The notes under the pieces are model-generated. The model made no database searches, had not been told where the DNA came from, and worked only from the letters and a program-made list of their open reading frames with translations. A stretch of 64,000 bases of DNA, taken from Hormiphora californensis (lineage: Eukaryota; Animalia; Ctenophora). The translations under genes were made by a program, and so were the position numbers. How positions within the stretch are numbered: the first letter of the stretch is position 1; every line of letters begins with the position of its first letter. The DNA lies in contig CM035359.1 of the NCBI GenBank assembly GCA_020137815.1, positions 4,464,001 to 4,528,000 of the forward strand, written 5' to 3'. Below are positions 1-13,507 of the stretch, in pieces.

Positions 1-440
1 CGCGCGTGATAGACCGTTTTTGGAGACCTTTTTAGCTGACCTAGCACTACTCAAAGGTCAATTATGGCATCATTTCGCATCGTGATGAATCGGCGGGTAT
101 TTTCCCATACTCACAAGGCCATGACGATTCCCCCAGTACCCGCAGATTGTCCCAGGACCGAGTAGGAGCTTGCAGCCAGGTCTTTAAAGAATTGCTCATG
201 TTTAGCGTCAATTTTGACCCACTATTCCTCAAATGCTGATACTCGCGGGTATTTTCCGTAAAACTAGAGACAATTATCTGCCAGGAGCAACAAACGAGAT
301 GCAAATCGGTTCAGTAGTTCCTTGCAGCCAGGTCTTTGAAAAAGTTTGCTCTAAAATCAATAACGCGCCGGAGGCCTAGATGTGAGATCGATCTCGGTCG
401 CTGCGCGACCTCGATCTCACTCAGGCATCAATGTGGCCAA
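1..440. mobile_element. Right end of a TIR/foldback element related to the 3737-4421 MITE
   Basis: Shares blocks with the right arm of 3737-4421 (tcaattttgacccac, gggtattttcc, gatgcaaatcgg, tgtgag.tc.atct.ggtcg). Ends in caatgtggccaa, like the ~105-bp repeats at 16477, 18647 and 23443. Confidence 0.55.
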
Positions 441-1797
441 CCTATTATGGACGGATGACCTGATCCTACTCTCTTTGAACATTCAAGACGCCCAAGAACA
501 AGTCAATAAACTCCACAATTACTGCCAAAAGTGGGGACTCGAAGTCAATAGCCTCAAAACTAAACTCATGACCTTCAACAACCGTCACAATCTGCAATTC
601 TCTCTGAAGCTAGGTCATGAAGCTATTCATCAAGTGGAAAACTACTGCTACCTTGGACTGAATATTTCATCCACTGGAGACTTCAGTAAAGCCGCCTCAA
701 GTGACCTCACCACAAAGGCAACCCGGGCCATGTACGGCTTGCGTGGCACCATTATGAAGGAGCAGCTTTCCTTCAAATCAACACTTAGCCTTTTCAACGC
801 CCTCATCAAACCGATTGCACTTTACGGAGCGCCAATCTGGTCACCCCAGCTGCCGGAGGCCAAGACTACCATCAAGAATATTGGCTCCAATGACCCAACT
901 TTAATCAGGAAACTCTCAAGTAGCAAACTTAACAGATTGCATCTCTCTTATCTCAAGTGGACAATGGGAGTCAACAGGAAGACTACAAACGCCGCAGTTT
1001 ATGGAGACACCGGCACACGACCCCTATCTCTAGAGGCTCTGGATATCACCATTAAATACCTCCAACGGATAGCCAAGCTACCATCCAGTGGAACTAGCCT
1101 CGTACATCAAGCCTACATTGAACAAAGGACACGAGACCTGCCGTGGTACAACTCCCTACGACCTCTCCTAGAGAGAGACCCAATTTACAGCCAGGATCAT
1201 GTATCGGCACATAAAACACTCACTTCAAAAACTAACCTCACGACCAACACCACTTATTTACCTCCCACTCTCGACGTCAAACCTCTCATTTCCCAGAAGT
1301 TTCGAATAGATATAATCCTTTCATGCCTGAGGGACACCTTCAACGGGAGCTGGGTAGCAGCGACAACCAACTCTTCAAAACTCTCGTTTTACAACACCTG
1401 CGAAAAATTGGACCAACCTACCTTGAGATCGTACCTGGGACTGAACAACTGCAACTACCGATCTTCTATCGCCAAACTGAAAAGTAGCTCCCACCCTCTC
1501 AAAATAGAAACCGGACGGTACACCAACATCCCCAGAGACAACCGCTACTGCCCCTGGTGCGAGAGCTTGAAGATCTATGAAGTAGAGACTGAGGAACATG
1601 CTCTGGACCACTGCAGCCTCTACGAAGACAGCCGAGACAACTTGAGGAAAGACCCGGAAATTTTCCTTTTATCACATCACTCACTCACGAACATCTTCCA
1701 CAATCTTCATAACTACACCCCGCGGATCGCAGGCCTGGTGGCGTGTTTTACTCACGCCATCATTTCAACTCGCGAAAAATTTGCTAAAGGACATTAA
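441..1797 (+). mobile_element. 5'-truncated non-LTR retrotransposon ORF2: end of the RT domain plus C-terminal CCHC-like region, RTEX-like
   Basis: LLWTDDLILLS (FADD-box variant), YCYLGL, LFNALIKPIALYGAPIW, and SHPLKIETGRY...RYCPWC...ETEEHALDHCSLYEDSR, typical of RTEX-type LINE C-termini. Confidence 0.85.
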
Positions 1798-2025
1798 CCG
1801 GCTTAGCTGCCTCACGCCACTTAGGACAAACTTCACTACACTCCTGACTAATTATCTTTGTGCTATATTACTGTGTTATATTCCCAGAATCTGGAGCACC
1901 AACCTGACACCCTCTGTCCTTGGATGTCGACAGGTTGATGCTCCAACATTCTTACGCACCGGGAAACCCGTGCAGAATTATTTTAAAACCGTGTCAAACC
2001 GTGTCAAAACCGTGTCACACAAACG

Positions 2026-2224
<199 letters not shown>

Positions 2225-2303
2225 GGCCTCGTATCACACACATTTTGTTGCTGCTCTCCCACCTAACTGCCTGCGACCTTGTCACCTTTGTACACGCACC
2301 GTG

Positions 2304-3344
2304 ATGAGCAACCGCTCTAATGACGAGCTACTTATGCGGAGTGGACAACATCTAACGATTGATTTGCACAAAATAGCGGCCAGACACATTTGCCATGACA
2401 TTGCAGAGTTGGCACAGGTACTAAGACTTGATGACGCAGACGAGGATGACAACAACTGGGATACCGTACGTATTCTGTATAGGAAGGCCCGCAAGGGTCT
2501 AGTGATTGGCAGAACCAGTGACTCCGAGATTAAGGAAATGAGTGAGGAGGAGATGAGACGTGCCCTGGGGAAGTGCTATTACCTCCTTTTTCATAAAGTA
2601 CTGTTCCGCTTGTACAATGACGCTGTTAGTAACAAGAAAGGAAAAGAGGTCCATGTTGAGGCTGCTGAGGCTGAGAAAAGTTTTATGTCAGCCAACTTAT
2701 CAATGACAGAGGAAATGACCTCTCTGAAAGATGAACTGTTGAAATGCCAGCGAGAGGTAAATCAGCTCCAAAAGCAGATTATCGACATGCAGAGCGAGGA
2801 ATTGAAATCTGTGAGATCTGTAACTGAGACTGTACAGAAAGACCTTAATTCTTGGTCTGCTGTAGTGGCACAAAACTGTGCAGCAGCAACTGCACCGAGG
2901 AAGATTGGGGCGGCTCTCCGCACACCGCAGCTCCCCAAAGAAGATAGCAGAGCTAAGAACCTTATTGTTTTTGGCCTGCCAGAGGAGGAGAACGAGACAG
3001 TTACTGATCGTGCACTTACTGTTTTTGAGGAGCTCGACGAGAAGCCTCCTATATCATCATCTTGTAGACTTGGAACCGCCGCTGAAGGTAAAACCCGGCC
3101 CATCAGGGTTACCTTGGAGTCTAGAGATAGTCTTCTGACTCTACTGAGGAAGGCCCGACAGCTGAGAAGTAGTGAAATCTACAGCAGAGTGTATCTCTGT
3201 CCAGATCGGACTATTGAGGAGAGACGGGAGAGAAGAGAGAATCTACAGACACTTGAAAAACTTAGAAGAGATAACCCTGAGAGACAGTTCGAACTGAAGA
3301 GAGGGGTTATACAGTTTTTGTGCAATGGCCCCACTGATAGTTAG
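2304..3344 (+). mobile_element. LINE ORF1-like protein (coiled coil + RRM + CTD), 346 aa, with no ORF2 downstream
   Basis: Heptad region LKDELLKCQREVNQLQKQIIDMQ, then RAKNLIVFGLPEEENE...RLG...RPIRVTL...LLRKARQLR...VYLCPDRT.EERRER, the motif series of CR1/L2/L1-type ORF1. Confidence 0.8.
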
Positions 3345-3553
3345 GATTTTCGATTTATTAAGTGTCCACCTGGTAATTTCTAGGATTAATCCCGGCATCT
3401 ACTCGATATTTATTATCTAACCAGGAGTGTGTTTTATAAATTTGCACACGGAGGATAGCACTCATATATTAGTGCTATGCTCCAATCTGCACGCCCATGG
3501 AGACATGAGGCCAGATTATGTTCAAAACCGTGTCAAAACCGTGTCAAACCGTG

Positions 3554-3593
<40 letters not shown>

Positions 3594-3736
3594 AACACAT
3601 TCGGGGCCGAAAGGCGATAACAGTCTGTCTTCATGAATTCCGGGAAGAGACTTCCAGAGACATCCAGCGCCTTTGACTCAATTGCAAGGGAACTGGAAGT
3701 CAATGACTGATGACCCCGTGACACCACTGTCAGGCC

Positions 3737-4421
3737 TTGGTGACATATAGACACCTGGCGCGACCCCCGCACACAGGTGTCGGCTCCGCCGGCCGCCCCC
3801 TAAAAAAGGGTCGTGTCTTTCAAGACATATTGCACGTGATCCACTGGACCGATTTACATCCCGCTTGTTTCGTGAGACTGCAAATTGGTCATGGTCCTAA
3901 TTTACTGGAAAATACCCATTACCCGAGAAGTTTGTCTGTCAAAAGGAAGTGGGTCAAAATTGACACTGAAGTCAAATCTATAATCTGGCTTCCGGGGCTT
4001 TTTGCACCACTCCCAGGCGGTTTAGACTGAGTCTGACGATATTGGGAGATAGGTTGAGGCCTTGGGAGTACTGGAAAATACCCGGCATCAAATTCTGATG
4101 CTAATTACATCAATTCATATCTCCCAATATCTTCCAAACCGCATGGGCGTAGTGCAGAAACTCTCGGAAGCTATATTATAGGTTTGACTTCATATCAGTA
4201 TCAATTTTGACCCACTTCCTGTTAACAGACAAACTTCTCGGGTATTTTCCAGTATATTATTATTAGGATCATTTGTAGTCTTTTGCGACAAACCGGATGC
4301 AAATCGGTCCAGTGGATCGCGTGCAACATCCCTTGAAAGAAACGACCCTTTTTGAGCTGAGGCGGAGCAGACACCTGTGTGTGAGCTCAATCTTGGTCGT
4401 GCACGGTGTCTATGTCACCAA
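3737..4421. mobile_element. 685-bp imperfect palindromic MITE (family B)
   Basis: Termini ttggtgacatatagacacc / ggtgtctatgtcaccaa, with arms complementary along most of their length. A second, fragmented copy lies at 8753-8798, 12517-12559 and 13514-13875. Confidence 0.85.
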
Positions 4422-4527
4422 GCGCGTCACGTGCATGTGTTTCGTTGTGGTGAAAGTGTGGTGAAACGTAATGCGCAAAGCAAATGTACGGGCGACTGGT
4501 ACGGGCGACTGGTACGTGCGTCGGGCG

Positions 4528-4820
4528 ACTATAGTGCGATTTTTAATAATGTGAACCGCTTGCGCGCAAAAACTTTCCGGGCACTGTGCGCGGAAAGTTT
4601 TTGCGCGTGCTAAATCCGGTTCCTGATAAGATAGAGACTTTTCATTGGTCGCATTGGAAAGATACAGTTTTTCTCTTTCTAACGCAACCAGGATCAAGTC
4701 TTTATCTTATCAGGGGCCAGAGATATGATCGAAACAACCGGAAAAAAACTTTCCCACGGTGCGTGGGAAAACCATTTCGCGCACAAGCGGTTCACTTTAT
4801 TAAAAATTTGACTTTAGTAC
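4528..4820. mobile_element. Small TIR MITE
   Basis: ttttaataatgtgaaccgcttgcgcgc ... cgcgcacaagcggttcactttattaaaa inverted repeat. Confidence 0.65.
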
Positions 4821-5205
4821 GGGGCCCCCGTAATCCGCTGCAATACAAAGATACAAAGCAAAGGAGTGACTTAGTAACCTAAACTTCAATTCGGGTGGCA
4901 CGCAACATTTGCTCGTCCTGCATGATCTATATGCGCTTCTACTATCACATATATTACACATATATTACACTTTTTCAGTACAAGAATGTTAAAACTCGTA
5001 CGGCTGAGCGCTGGAAAGCGCTCTGATTTGGACCATTTTCAGGGGTGATAGCACATGCACATTTTCCTTTTTGCACTTTTCTAAATCTATCTCTACAATA
5101 AACGGTCCTCTCTATTCCCGATTCCCCAAACTTAGAAAGGTCAGCTGAGTCCCATTAGCTCTCTCTCACCTTCTATCTCGCCTTCTATCTCTCTCTCTCT
5201 CTCTC

Positions 5206-5260
<55 letters not shown>

Positions 5261-5950
5261 CTCTCTCTCCCTATTTCTATCTCTACTGCTGATTCAGTCT
5301 GCTCTCCCTCTGTTCAAATCCTCTCCTTGAGCTAAACTCTGTTCTGCAGTACTGATCGTTGCCTTCTCCCATTGGCTAAAAAGCTGTCACATGAGGAACA
5401 CGGGGCTTTTCTATATCACACCATTGGCTGACACGTTATAGCGATGGTTTTTCTCTGACAACGCCCTGAACTGCAGCAGAACAACAAGCTATATCTAGCT
5501 CTCCCCTGTCTGGATGATCTTTGTAGCTGAGTTCCCTTCCTTCCTTTTTTAAATACACGAAGTAAAGTGCTTTTAAAGTTTTATATAATTTTTAATATAT
5601 GGGAGACATAATAGGGCGCTATTTACCGCCTCAAAGCGCTACAAAATGCATTTAAAGCGTTTTTATAGCGCTTTAAAAGCTCTACTTGAAGCACTTTTAT
5701 AGCGCCTCCGATTTTAAAAGTTTGTTACTATTTATTGCTTAGGTCTCCCCCCTGTCCAGAGATTTCCGAAATTGGCTACCTGATCCCCTTGTAGGACCTG
5801 AGTATGTCAGTCCTAGTGTGTCACGTGTGATTGCAGTGTGAGTGAATGTGTGAACTGTGCGATTGTTGCCGCATGAGTATGTTTGTCCGTTTGTTTATCA
5901 TTTAGTGCATGAGATTGTGAGTTGCATTTGTATGATTGTGATAGTGATAG

Positions 5951-6131
5951 CACGGTCGCTTGTAGTGGGAAAACGGTAATGGAAAACGAAGATACAGTAA
6001 GACGACGCGCAACCGTGACCAATCAGGGCGCTAGTACGTGCTGACACATGAACTTTTTGCCGCGCGTTATGCACCGTGCGCGTCTCCTTACTGTATTTTG
6101 CGTTACCGTATTTTGACTGCAAGCAGCACTG
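5951..6131. mobile_element. ~180-bp MITE; inverted copy at ~15114-15294
   Basis: Two similar copies in opposite orientation. Imperfect TIR cacggtcgcttgtagt / actgcaagcagcactg. Confidence 0.7.
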
Positions 6132-7047
6132 ATAGCGAGGTGTGAGATGTCAGCATGTTTGGTGCAAGTTGGTGGTTATCGGGCTTGCAGTACCTCGGAG
6201 TCTGAATGCGAAGCCATTGTGGTTGAGTATTTAAGCTGTGAGATAACTGTGATTGTTAGAGCTCAGAGCACTCTGGAGCGCCATATGGAGTTCATGGTCA
6301 GAGCTAGCTCTCCCGGTATCTTCCCCCTTGTACTGAATATCTGGGTGTGCAAGTGATAGTGTGACGTGAGGAAGTTGACCTGTTCTTTTACCTTCTTTTA
6401 TCTTTACCCACAAATCAGTCAACTTGTTTAGAACTTTGTTCTGCCACTATGGGAATACCGGTTAGGACTTGGAGGATATAGACTATACGATACAGCCGAT
6501 ACAGCCTGGACTTGAGTTGATATGTGGTGTTGGGTGTAACACACATGAGGTGCAGTGACACGGGATATATTGTGTAGTGTGCTGTGTGAGCCTGGGACCA
6601 CGGGAGAAGGTCAAGGTTATGGATAGGCCAGACAGGGGCACAGACACTCACAAATGGTGCTGTGACCAGGATCCACTCACAAATGGTGCTGTAACCAGGA
6701 TCCACTCACACCCTTCCCCTTGACGTCCTTGTTGAATAACTTCTTTAATTGAGTTCTGATAAAATTACACAGCGTTCTAGACATCACTGTCAGAGCATTG
6801 GCCTGCCCCATTCTCGTTTCTCTCAAATTTCTGCGCGAGAACTGTGGTCAGAGCATTGGCCTGACAGGTACCTATCGATATCACATTTCAATCTTATTTT
6901 ATATGTCGTTCATCTCATTCTCGCAAAAAATATTTTTGGCCCAAATTAATTAATAATTAAGTTGTAACATACTAGCAGAAATTAACTCAGCACAGTTAAA
7001 CAATTTACTTAACACCCTCAACTATTAAGTGATATGTGAGTGTTGAA

Positions 7048-8341
7048 ATGATCATACGCCTCCTTCTCTTCACAGCTGCATTATGTGGAACAGTTGTTCT
7101 TACTGCAGGTTTGTCAAACAATACAACATATTTGATGCTGTATAGCTTTTGTTCATAAAACGTGTTCTTTTGTTTAACTGTTTTATCACACAGGCTCATT
7201 CAATAAACTACAATGCGTTATACCCTTCAGACTGGTCAGCTGTAGAGCGGGATGATGTGAAGATACCCTGGGACCTGGAGCCGGAGGCAACATCTCTCCA
7301 GATAAAGACGGACTCTACACTTGGTAGTGATGAGAGGATCTTAGTGAGGATGCACGACAAGGACAGCAACTATATCGGTGGTGTGTATGTGGCGCGGTTC
7401 TCCTCCACAATACAGTATGGGATAGGCTACTGTACCAGCAGCTACACAGACCTACCAGTGCAACCACCGGTGAAGGTGGATAAGATCTGGACGATCACCA
7501 AAACAGAGACCGCCTGGATTATCACATGTAATAATGTTGAGGTGCTGAACTACCTGTTCGCAGATGGTTCACGTAAGGAATGTGTTCCAAAATGGGGTGG
7601 TGATGTTGTGGAGGAGATCAGGTTTAACGATGACACAGCATCTGACTTTTACAGAGCAGCGCTAGGTAAGGGTCTAACTTTAATGCATTAATATACCAAT
7701 AATTACTACTTTAGTTATGTAGCCATGTACTGCAGCACACGTGGGTTTAGTATTAATTGTTATATATCACACAGGCTCGTATAATAAACTACAACGCGTT
7801 ATATTTCGGTAACTTGCGCTATTTATTAACATTTTCCGCTTTCAGTTTGTCCAGGTCTGACGATTGTAAACAGTGAACTCATCAAATACGAATCGGCGAT
7901 TGGATATGTCACGACAGTTTTCTGTGCAGATTTCTTTGAGTTACAGGGTGAGAGTGTTCTTACTTGTAACGCTGTCTCTAATACTGATGCGGAGTGGAGC
8001 AGTGATGCGCCTATTTGTACAAAAGGTAATTTATAAGGCATGCCTTATCCCCGCGTTGTGTTCACGTCAAAACGGTTATATAACTATCCTTAGGATGGAT
8101 AAAAACTAGTCAAATTGAGCTTCATCATTATTATACTATCCAGGTTGCCCCGAGTTTTCCATCGCCAACTCTGGTTCCTGGGGCCCAATCCAAAATGACG
8201 GAGATACCCTGACTGTTACCTGTTCCCGGGATGGGGATATTCTAAATCTGATAGGGGATGATGTCGTTACCTGCAGTTTCTTAGCGGATACGAAAAAGTA
8301 CACCACTCCAGATTTGCCTGCTTGTGAATTCAACAATCAAT
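7048..8341 (+). CDS. Secreted modular protein: signal peptide, ~145-aa beta-rich domain, two Sushi/CCP modules; 3' end not found. Exons 7048-7108, 7231-7665, 7846-8025, 8144-8341
   Basis: MIIRLLLFTAALCGTVVLTA signal exon. All introns are GT-AG, phase 1 and frame-consistent. Exons 3 and 4 read CPGLTI..C..FELQGESVLTC..WSSDAPIC and CPEFSI..C..LIGDDVVTC..LPAC, the 4-Cys Sushi pattern. Confidence 0.85.
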
Positions 8342-9749
8342 GTAAGTCATGAACATTTTGACAAAAATGTCACACAGTGACAATTTAAACGACTTAACTA
8401 TTTGAAACGACCAGGACATCAGACTCCCAACCCATTGAACACACTATCCCCACGTATAAGTAGCTCACCCACGTCATATCTCTGAATCATAGTCCATAGA
8501 GCATATGCAATATATCACGATAGCAATCCCAGCTATAACAGACATCATCCCCCGGCCCATCAGCCATCTCATTAACTGAATTTAACGAAGATATAATTAA
8601 ACTTTGTTTTGATCAAACCCGTATGAAGATATAGGGCATGGAGCAAGGCAACCTATTACCCGATATAAACACGGTAAAAATAGTTACAATTTGATAACAT
8701 ATACATTCTGCTGCTGCTGCCAGGTAGGAACTGGCGATACTTGATTATATTTACCGATTACATTTACATCCCGCTTGTTTCATGAGACTGCAAATTGGGC
8801 AATTTCTCATTTGCCGCATACGGCGTCTAGACGGCGTCGCACCGCCGTCTAGACGGTGTCTAGACGGTATACCGTCTGGACGGGTTTCGATGAAATCAGC
8901 TAAAAACGGTACCGAAATTGCTTGAGACGGGTTATAGACGGTATCAGACGGTCTCCCGTCTCTAGACGGGTTATAGACGGTATCAGATGGTGTTGCGACG
9001 GTATCAGACGGTCTCTAGACGGTACCGTCCCGGTGTCTAGACGGTACCGTCCCGGTGTCTAGACGGTACCGTCCCGGTGTCTAGACGGTGTCTGGACGGT
9101 CTCTAGACGGTATCCGTCCGAAGTTGAGACGGCACGTCTGAAAATTGTACCAGACGTTGAGACGGACTTTTAGAACTCCGTCTGTATTTCAGACGGAGTT
9201 TTAAAAGTACGTTTAAACGCAGTCTAAAGGAAAATCGATGAAAGTACCGTCTAAACAACGTCTCAACTGAAACCGGTCAACATACCGTCTAAACAACGTC
9301 TAAACAGAATCTCTGTCTGGCGCTGTCTGGCGGCGCCAGACCCCAATTTGATTCTCTAATCTGAGCGCGCGACAGTGCGCTCAGATGGGTCGCGGCGCCA
9401 GACAGCAGAATCTCGCGATTCAGTTTCAAATACCGTCTAGACAACTTCTCCAGCAATTTCGATATGAATACCGTCTAAACAACGTCTAGACAACGTCTCA
9501 AATAACGATGCCTAGACTCGACCGTTTTCGAAGACCATTCTGGATTACCCATGCCAGTTGGAATTAGTGGTAGATGTGTGCCTATTGAATGAAAATTATG
9601 TACTACATGTGTTTAACCAGCACAGTCGTACCGCGATGCTCGGGGACGGGAAAGGGGTTTTGCCCGGTAAATCGGGGCCCCAGGCCAAATATCATGAATT
9701 TTCTATATCGGAGAAAGGTTATCCTCCCGGTAATTTTCGTACCCAACTT

Positions 9750-10084
9750 CCCCCATAAAAAAGTCGCTTGGCAAATTCCCTCGTCGCTCGGCAATTGGTT
9801 CGGCAACAACAGGTGGTTTGCCGAGCCAGTCGCTCGGCTAATCAAGGAAGTCGCCGTGTTTTCACCGCGTTCTTACAGAAAAAGTACATTTTTTCAGCAC
9901 TTTTTTTCAAAATCTCCTGCTGAAAAATACAAAGTGCTGAAAAAATGTGCTTTTTCTGTAAGAACGCGGTGAAATCACGGAGACTTCCTTGATTAGCCGA
10001 GCGACTGGCTCGGCAAACCACCTGTTGTTGCCGAACCAATTGCCGAGCGACGAGGGAATTTGCCAAGCGACTTTTTTATGGGGG
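9750..10084. mobile_element. Near-perfect palindromic MITE with CCCCC...GGGGG termini and apparent 2-bp TT TSD (EnSpm/CMC-like)
   Basis: tt|cccccataaaaaagtcgcttggc ... gccaagcgacttttttatggggg|tt. It lies inside a cagtcg...actgta Tc1/pogo-like MITE (~9621-10110). Confidence 0.8.
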
Positions 10085-10521
10085 TTCAAATAAATCGAGG
10101 TCCAACTGTATATAATTTTCATTCAATAGGCACACATCTACCACTAATTCCAACTGGCATGGGTAATCCAGAATGGTCTTCGAAAACGGTCGAGTCTAGA
10201 CATCGTTATTTGAGACGTTGTCTAGACGTTGTTTAAACGGTATTCGTATCGAAATTGCTGGAGAAGTTGTCTAGACGGTATTTGAAACTGAATCGCAAGA
10301 TTCTGTTTAGACGTTGTTTAGACGGTATGTTGACCGGTTTCAGTTGAGACGTTGTTTAGACAGTACTTTCATCGATTTTCCTTTAGACTGCGTTTAAACG
10401 TACTTTTAAAACTCCGTCTGAAATACAGACGGAGTTGTAAAAGTCCGTCTCAACGTCTGGTACAATTTTCAGACGTGCCGTCTCAACTTCGGACGGATAC
10501 CGTCTAGAGACCGTCCAGACA

Positions 10522-10885
10522 GGTAAGCGGTAAATACTCACTCGGTTCTTCACATTTTATTGGACGTTTTTGGCCATAACTCAGCCATTTCTTAACCAAT
10601 TTGCAAAATCTTGGGCTCATTGGAAAGAGGACATTAAAACCTTTAAAATGAGCCTTAGAAAATGAAAATTTGCGCAAAATGCGCGGCGCTATGGCGAAAA
10701 CGCGCATTTTACGCCATAACGCCGCGCATTTTGCGCCAAGTTTCATTTTCTAAGGCTCATTTTAAAGGTCTAAATTTCCTCTTTCCAATGAGCCCGAGAT
10801 TTTGCAAATTGGTCAAGAAATGGCTGAGTTATGGCCAAAAACGTCAAAAAAATGTGAAGAACCGAGTGAGTATTTACCGCTTACC
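10522..10885. mobile_element. 364-bp palindromic MITE with 9-bp TSD (Mutator-like)
   Basis: gtccagaca|ggtaagcggtaaatactc ... gagtatttaccgcttacc|gtccagaca. Confidence 0.9.
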
Positions 10886-12037
10886 GTCCAGACACCGTCT
10901 AGACACCGGGACGGTACCGTGAAAATAATTTATTATCTGCCCGAGTGGGAGGGAGTCATAGCACTGGCAAGTGCCCCGGGCCCAAAAGGGGGGTGTGGGG
11001 GCAGAGCCCCCACCTTAGAAATACCCTCTAACTCAAAAAACAAAAGAGAGAGCACACGCAACACTTCTACACACAAGCGCGTGAAAACCTGCCAGTGCTA
11101 CTATATACCATTGCAGATTTCGGGGTTTTTGATGCTTTAAAAAAGCATGTTCCAGATGAAGTAGAGAGCTGAAATTTTGTACTCTGAGGGCCCTCATATA
11201 GGAGAAGAGGCATACAAATTTTCGGAACGATCGGATGTAAGGTAAAAATTTGCCAGAGGGGTCCCAAAATGCAAAAATGTAAGGAGGGGGAGGGGAGGGG
11301 AGGGGAGGGGGAGGGGGAGGGGGAGGAGGACGCTTTTTTATCTTTGAGTGTTCTCCTAAACCACAAATAGTAGAGACTTGCCGTTTGGAACAGTGGTTCC
11401 TTACATCATTGCGCTCGGTAATAGCTGTGTGAGAACTTCGAAATCGCCATAGTTCATTAATTATTCATTAATTAGTCATTAAACATTCATTTTAACTATG
11501 GTTGCGATATGACACGACATGAAGGTCATAAAGACTTGAAACCGGTCTAATTCGACGCGGAATGGTCGATTTATGGGGGGTCTTACTCGGGACAAAAATC
11601 TCTAACTCGCACCGTTAAGCCGTTATTTGCATATTTATGCACCGATTCACGATTTTATGCATATTTTCAATATTTTCACTTCGGCTGGTCCTAGAACGTT
11701 TTCATGGACATATTTCGACGCAAAATAGTCGATTTATGGGGGGTCGTCCCCCAGACAAAAAGTCGTATCTCGCACCGTTAAGCCGTTATTTGCATATTTA
11801 TGCACCGATTCATGATTTAATGCATATTCTGAATATTTCCACTTCGGCTGGTCTTAGAACGTTTTCATGGACATATTCCGGCGCAGAATAGTCGATTTAT
11901 GGGGGGTCGTCCCCCTGACAAAATGTCGTATCTCTCACCATTTAGTCATTATTCGCATATTTATGAATTATTCAAATTCGAAAACATGCAGAAATCAGAA
12001 AAAATAGTTTTTTCTATTTTACACCAAAAAGAACAGA

Positions 12038-12509
12038 AATTTAGTCCAAAAACCAATTAAATAAATTAGTTTGGATGCCCGGGCCCATGTGGTGTCACGG
12101 GGGTAACACCTTTAGGCTACTGTCATAAATGATGGATATCGAGAGAGATAAAGGCAAAGGAAATTAGGATAGAAAGAGTTTGTTGAGTAAGGGGGAAGAG
12201 TGTTCTCCCTTACTCAACAAGAAAGAGTGAGATATAATCAAGAAAGACGGAGAGATAAATAAGAGGAGAGAGAGAGAAAAAGAGAGATATAGTGAAAGAT
12301 ACAGTGAGAGAGAAAGAGAGAGAGAGAGAGAAATAGTGTGGGAGAGAGTGAGAGAGAGATAGATAGAGATAGAAAGATTGAAGGATAACAATTAACAATT
12401 AACGAGATATGCCGTTAATTATGGCAGTAGCCTAAAGGTGTTACCCCCGTGACACCACATGGGCCCGGGCATCCAAACTAATTTATTTAATTGGTTTTTG
12501 GACTAAATT
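12038..12509. mobile_element. MITE with ~90-bp TIRs around an AG-rich core
   Basis: aatttagtccaaaaacc...ggctactgtcataa is inverted as ttatggcagtagcc...ggtttttggactaaatt. Confidence 0.8.
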
Positions 12510-12559
12510 ATGTACTATTTAGACTGAGTCTGATGACATTGGGAGATAGGTTGGGGCCT

Positions 12560-13507
12560 TAGTAGGGTCGGTTGTGGGAAGTTGGGTCTGGAATTTTAAA
12601 TTTGACTTGCTGATATGATTAGGGATTCTATAAAAAGTCCACAGTACCATCCCACAGGTCTCTCTACCACCCCCGGTTCACTAATTAGTCGTAATTATGT
12701 GATTTATGACGTTATCGCCAATTAGCACTAATAATACCAGTTCCCGGTCACTTAGAGCTTAGATTTTGATACCAGCTGATAGAGGATCACTAGATTAGTG
12801 GGCATTCAAGTTTTGAGGTCGATCGGAGTTATGGTTGAGGAATTATAACCGTTTTCCCGTTTGGCTGGCGGTTGGCTGGCACCACGTGGGATTACGGGTT
12901 TATGTCGTCGTAGGAGGTCGTCATTGGTCGCGTTCGATCGGGCTCGATGAGGTGATCAAAACCTGGTGGGGCCAGACCTTGGCCCCACGCCGTTCTTGGG
13001 TTATTCGGCTTTTTCGGTTTTGGCGGGAAAATATTTTGGCGGGAAACCGAAAAAGCCCAATAACCCAAGAATGGGGTGGGGCCAAGGTCTGGCCCCACCA
13101 GATTTTGATCACCTCATCGAGCCCGATCGAACGCGACCAATGACGACCTCCCACGACGACCTAAGCTAAACCCGTAATCCCACGTGGTGCCAGCCAACCG
13201 CCAGCCAAACGGAAAAACGGTTATAACTCCTCGACCATAACTCCGATCGACCTAAAATTTTGAATGCCCACTAATCTAGTGATCCTCTATCAGCTGGTAT
13301 CAAAATCTAAGCTCTAAGTGACCAGGAACTGGTATTATTAGTGCTAATTGGCGACAACATCATAAATCACATAATTACGACTAATTAGTGAACCAGGGGT
13401 GGTAGAGACCTGTGGGATGGTACTTTGGACTTTTTATATAGTCCCTAATCATATCAGCAAGTCAAATTTAAAATTCCAGACCCAACTTCCCACAACCGAC
13501 CCTACTA
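12560..13507. mobile_element. ~945-bp palindromic element, family A (TAGTAGGG...CCCTACTA)
   Basis: Full-length hairpin, near-identical to 57304-58243. Inserted in a family-B MITE and flanked by cct ... (cagcta)cct. Confidence 0.9.

Larger units (their letters stand above)
8800..10920. mobile_element. Large foldback element with tctagacggt subterminal repeats, containing nested MITEs
   Basis: Arm ~9095-9610 is the reverse complement of ~10112-10520. Many short gtctagacgg repeats. Confidence 0.8.

Noticed and set aside
382-440. N-terminus MRSISVAARPRSHSGINVAN of the 471-aa ORF
   Set aside because: It is read-through from the adjacent TIR repeat, not part of the retrotransposon protein.
9558-13169. 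Mirror-image ORF pairs on both strands
   Set aside because: These are by-products of palindromic MITEs and have no transposase motifs.
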